Source of the DNA: Octopus sinensis
Lineage: Eukaryota
Reading direction: 5' to 3'
NCBI RefSeq assembly: GCF_006345805.1
Contig: NW_021828113.1
Coordinates: forward strand, 1-9,090
Length of the DNA: 9,090 nucleotides
Notes under the pieces: generated by a model
Seen by the model: the letters and a program-made list of their open reading frames with translations, nothing else
Databases searched by the model: none
Told to the model about the DNA's origin: nothing
Shown: piece after piece, positions 7,003 to 9,090 of the stretch
Layout: every line of letters begins with the position of its first letter
Numbering within the stretch: position 1 is the stretch's first letter
Position numbers and translations under genes: made by a program

Positions 7003-8499
7003 CCTACCCGAGGGGGTGTGTGCTGAGTACCTCTTGCTGCTTACTAATACTTTGGTTTTGCTACATTTATTCTAAGGTCCTTTGATTCCAACCCTTGCTT
7101 CCACACCCGAAATTTCTCTTCTAGTTCCAGTAGTGATTCTGCTATGAGAGCTAGGTCATCGGCACATAGAGGAGCTCCCAGGGGCATCCCGTTTTGAATC
7201 CTCTGTTATTGCCTTAAGGACTATGATGAATAAAAGGGGACTGAGGGCTGAGACCCTGGTGCCCACCTACTTCTACCCGGAATTCTTCACTATATCGTTG
7301 CCAATCCTAACCTTGCTGACAGCCTCCTCTGTATAGAGCCTGTACAGCCCTTATTAGCCATTCTTCAATCTCCAGTTTCGCATCGACCACCAGATGAGGG
7401 AACGGGGAACCCAGTCAAGGCTTTCTCCAAGTCTACAAAAGCTATGTAGAGGGGTTTATCTTTAGCTAGGTACTTCTCCTGCAGTTGTCGGACCAGGAAT
7501 ATAGCATCAGTGGTGCTTCTACCTGGTACAAAACCGAACTGCATTTCATCTAAACAAATTCTCTCCCTAATGAGATGGGTTATGACCTTCTCTGAGACCT
7601 TCATAACTGGTCCAACAGTTGATACCTCTGTAGTTATTTCTATCTAGAGCATCACCCTTACCCTTGTAGCAGTTGACTATGGTGCTGCTGCACCAGTCAT
7701 TGGGTATGACTCCATGTGAACTACATGGTTTACAATGCGGGTGACTATGGTATAGCCCACATAGCCAGCTGTTTTAAGCATCTCAGCAGTGATTCCTGAT
7801 AGGCCAGGGGCTTTGCCTGGTTCATATCCTTAATTGCCTTATCTACAAGGGAGCTGTCTATTCGGTAGCTGGTCCCTCTATGGGTCAACATTTGGCAGCT
7901 CTCCTCCTCCCATTCATTTCCTCATTCAGCAGTCTTTCATAATGGCTTCTCCAAGCCTCTTTCTTTTCACTAGCAGTAAAAGCAAGTGCCCCATCATCCA
8001 TGCGGACACATTTCTCTCCTATAACATCACTATTTTCTCTGACACACTGTCTGGCAATCGAAATACTTCAGCTCTTTGATCTCACGTCGCTGGACATTGG
8101 CAAACTTCTTCTTTTCTGCTACGTCTTTGGCTATGTATACCTGCCGCCCAGCCTCCCTTTTGGCTATCTGGTACAGTTCCCTGCTGCCCCCATCCTTCCA
8201 GGCTTTCCAGGCCCGTCTCTTTTTACAGATGGCTTTATCTACTGCACTTATTCCACCACCACGTAATTTAGGTCTGGAAGGGACTTTGCACACATCCACA
8301 GACTCGGTCTGTGGCACTCAGCAAGCTGTCCCGTAGGAATTCCCAGCTACCTTCTATGTCTGACGTCTGAAGCTCCTCCTCCCTCTCATCAAATTTCTTG
8401 ATGAGTGTCCCTAAATTTCTGACCATGTGAAGGGTTCTTAGCCTCCAAATCCTTCTTTTCTGGATTGGTTGTTTCTTGGAGTCCTTCTGGCCTCAAGCT

Positions 8500-9090
8500 T
8501 AAAGTCACTGATGATTAGTCTATGCTGAGGGATACATTCTTCACCCGGGAGGGTCTTTGTATTCAAGAGCAACCCTGCATCCCGCTGTCTGGTGAGGATG
8601 AAGTCTATTTGGCTAGCGGAGTCTCCTGATGAAGTTATAAGGTGGCAGACTGGCTTCTTGAAGTTAGTGTTGCAGATTGAAAGGTTACATGCATCACAGA
8701 ATTCCAGCAGTCTAGTTCCCTCATCATTTCTGGTGCCAATACCATAGCACCATGTACCCCAGTGAAGATACCCGATTCCCGCCCAACATACCCATTAAAA
8801 TCTCCACCTACAAAGATGAGGTCCTTGCTACTAGTCTTTGAAGTAGCCTGCAGAAGGCTATCATAAAAGTTGTACTTCTGATCATTTGGTAGTCCCGCTT
8901 TGTGGGGCATAGGCGGAGATAATCATAGCTGTGCCACTCTGTAGGACCAAACCTGAGCTTAAGCACTCTATCGCAAACCCTGACAACCTCTATGACCTCA
9001 TCCACCATTTCTCCACAAGGAGAATGCCTACACCCCTACACCTTCCACGGTACCTTGCCAGAAGGTTGTACCTAAGGCCTTGCCGTGAGG
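8500..9090 (-). pseudogene. AP-like endonuclease (EEP fold) domain of the RTE element
   Basis: GVGILL, SAYAPQ, GDFN, TRNDEGTRLLEFC, NTNFKK, QIDFIL and QHRL motifs in successive frames. Confidence 0.9.

Larger units (their letters stand above)
5882..9090 (-). mobile_element. RTE-clade non-LTR retrotransposon (LINE); 3' end complete, 5' part continues beyond the window
   Basis: Minus-strand motifs across frameshifts: FWQG..GVGILL, IISAYAPQ, GGDFNG (8791-8808), QIDFIL (8594-8611), QHRL (8516-8527), WWN, NYRGI (7621-7635), QFGFVPGRSTTDAIFLVRQLQEK, FVDLEKA, HQG..LSPLLF, YADD (disrupted, 7155-7168), FRYLG (YLG 6769-6777), RRLRWYGHVLRM and GRGRPRKTW, followed by the (GAT)n tail. Confidence 0.93.
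6224..9090 (-). pseudogene. RTE ORF (AP endonuclease, RT with inserted PHD finger, C-terminal domain), fragmented by many 1-2 bp indels; N-terminus outside the window
   Basis: ORF fragments 8808..9008, 8635..8910, 8030..8317, 7365..7604, 6640..6924, 6312..6638 and 6026..6274 join into one colinear EN-RT protein of roughly 950 aa when frames are switched. Confidence 0.92.

Noticed and set aside
6199-8336. Plus-strand ORFs of 63-88 aa opposite the RTE element
   Set aside because: Antisense shadows of the RTE ORF with no independent evidence.
1-9090. Prokaryotic RT systems (retron, group II intron, DGR, CRISPR-RT), tRNA or rRNA genes, host-gene exons
   Set aside because: All three RTs are LINE-type, two with their AP endonuclease in view. 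No spacer array, RNA gene or non-TE coding segment was recognisable.

Overview
Eukaryotic, repeat-only window with no recognisable host-gene exon. It holds three non-LTR retrotransposon (LINE) copies separated by long degenerate (TA)n microsatellite tracts. (1) A CR1-group LINE on the minus strand (1-~2477): C-terminal part of the AP endonuclease, linker, full RT and C-terminal domain, 5'-truncated at the GDFN motif, with its 3' end just beyond the left window edge. (2) A 5'-truncated copy of a related but distinct CR1-group subfamily on the plus strand (~4183-5481), about 85% identical to the first over a hand-aligned RT segment, so the two form a long imperfect inverted repeat. (3) An RTE-clade LINE on the minus strand (5882 to beyond 9090) with AP endonuclease, RT, C-terminal domain, a structured 3' UTR and a (GAT)8 tail. 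About 1.7 kb is (TA)n, with a ~430 bp unclassified non-repetitive island at 3161-3714. The microsatellite density and my recollection of the RTE tail suggest an octopus/coleoid genome (inference, unverified). The most unusual feature is a PHD-type (C4HC3) zinc finger inserted in frame inside the RTE reverse transcriptase, between the post-YADD KTK motif and the YLG motif. Most LINE frameshifts are 1-bp indels in homopolymer runs, so some apparent decay may be sequencing/assembly error. The Tyr/Ile-rich ORFs in the ORF track are microsatellite artefacts.
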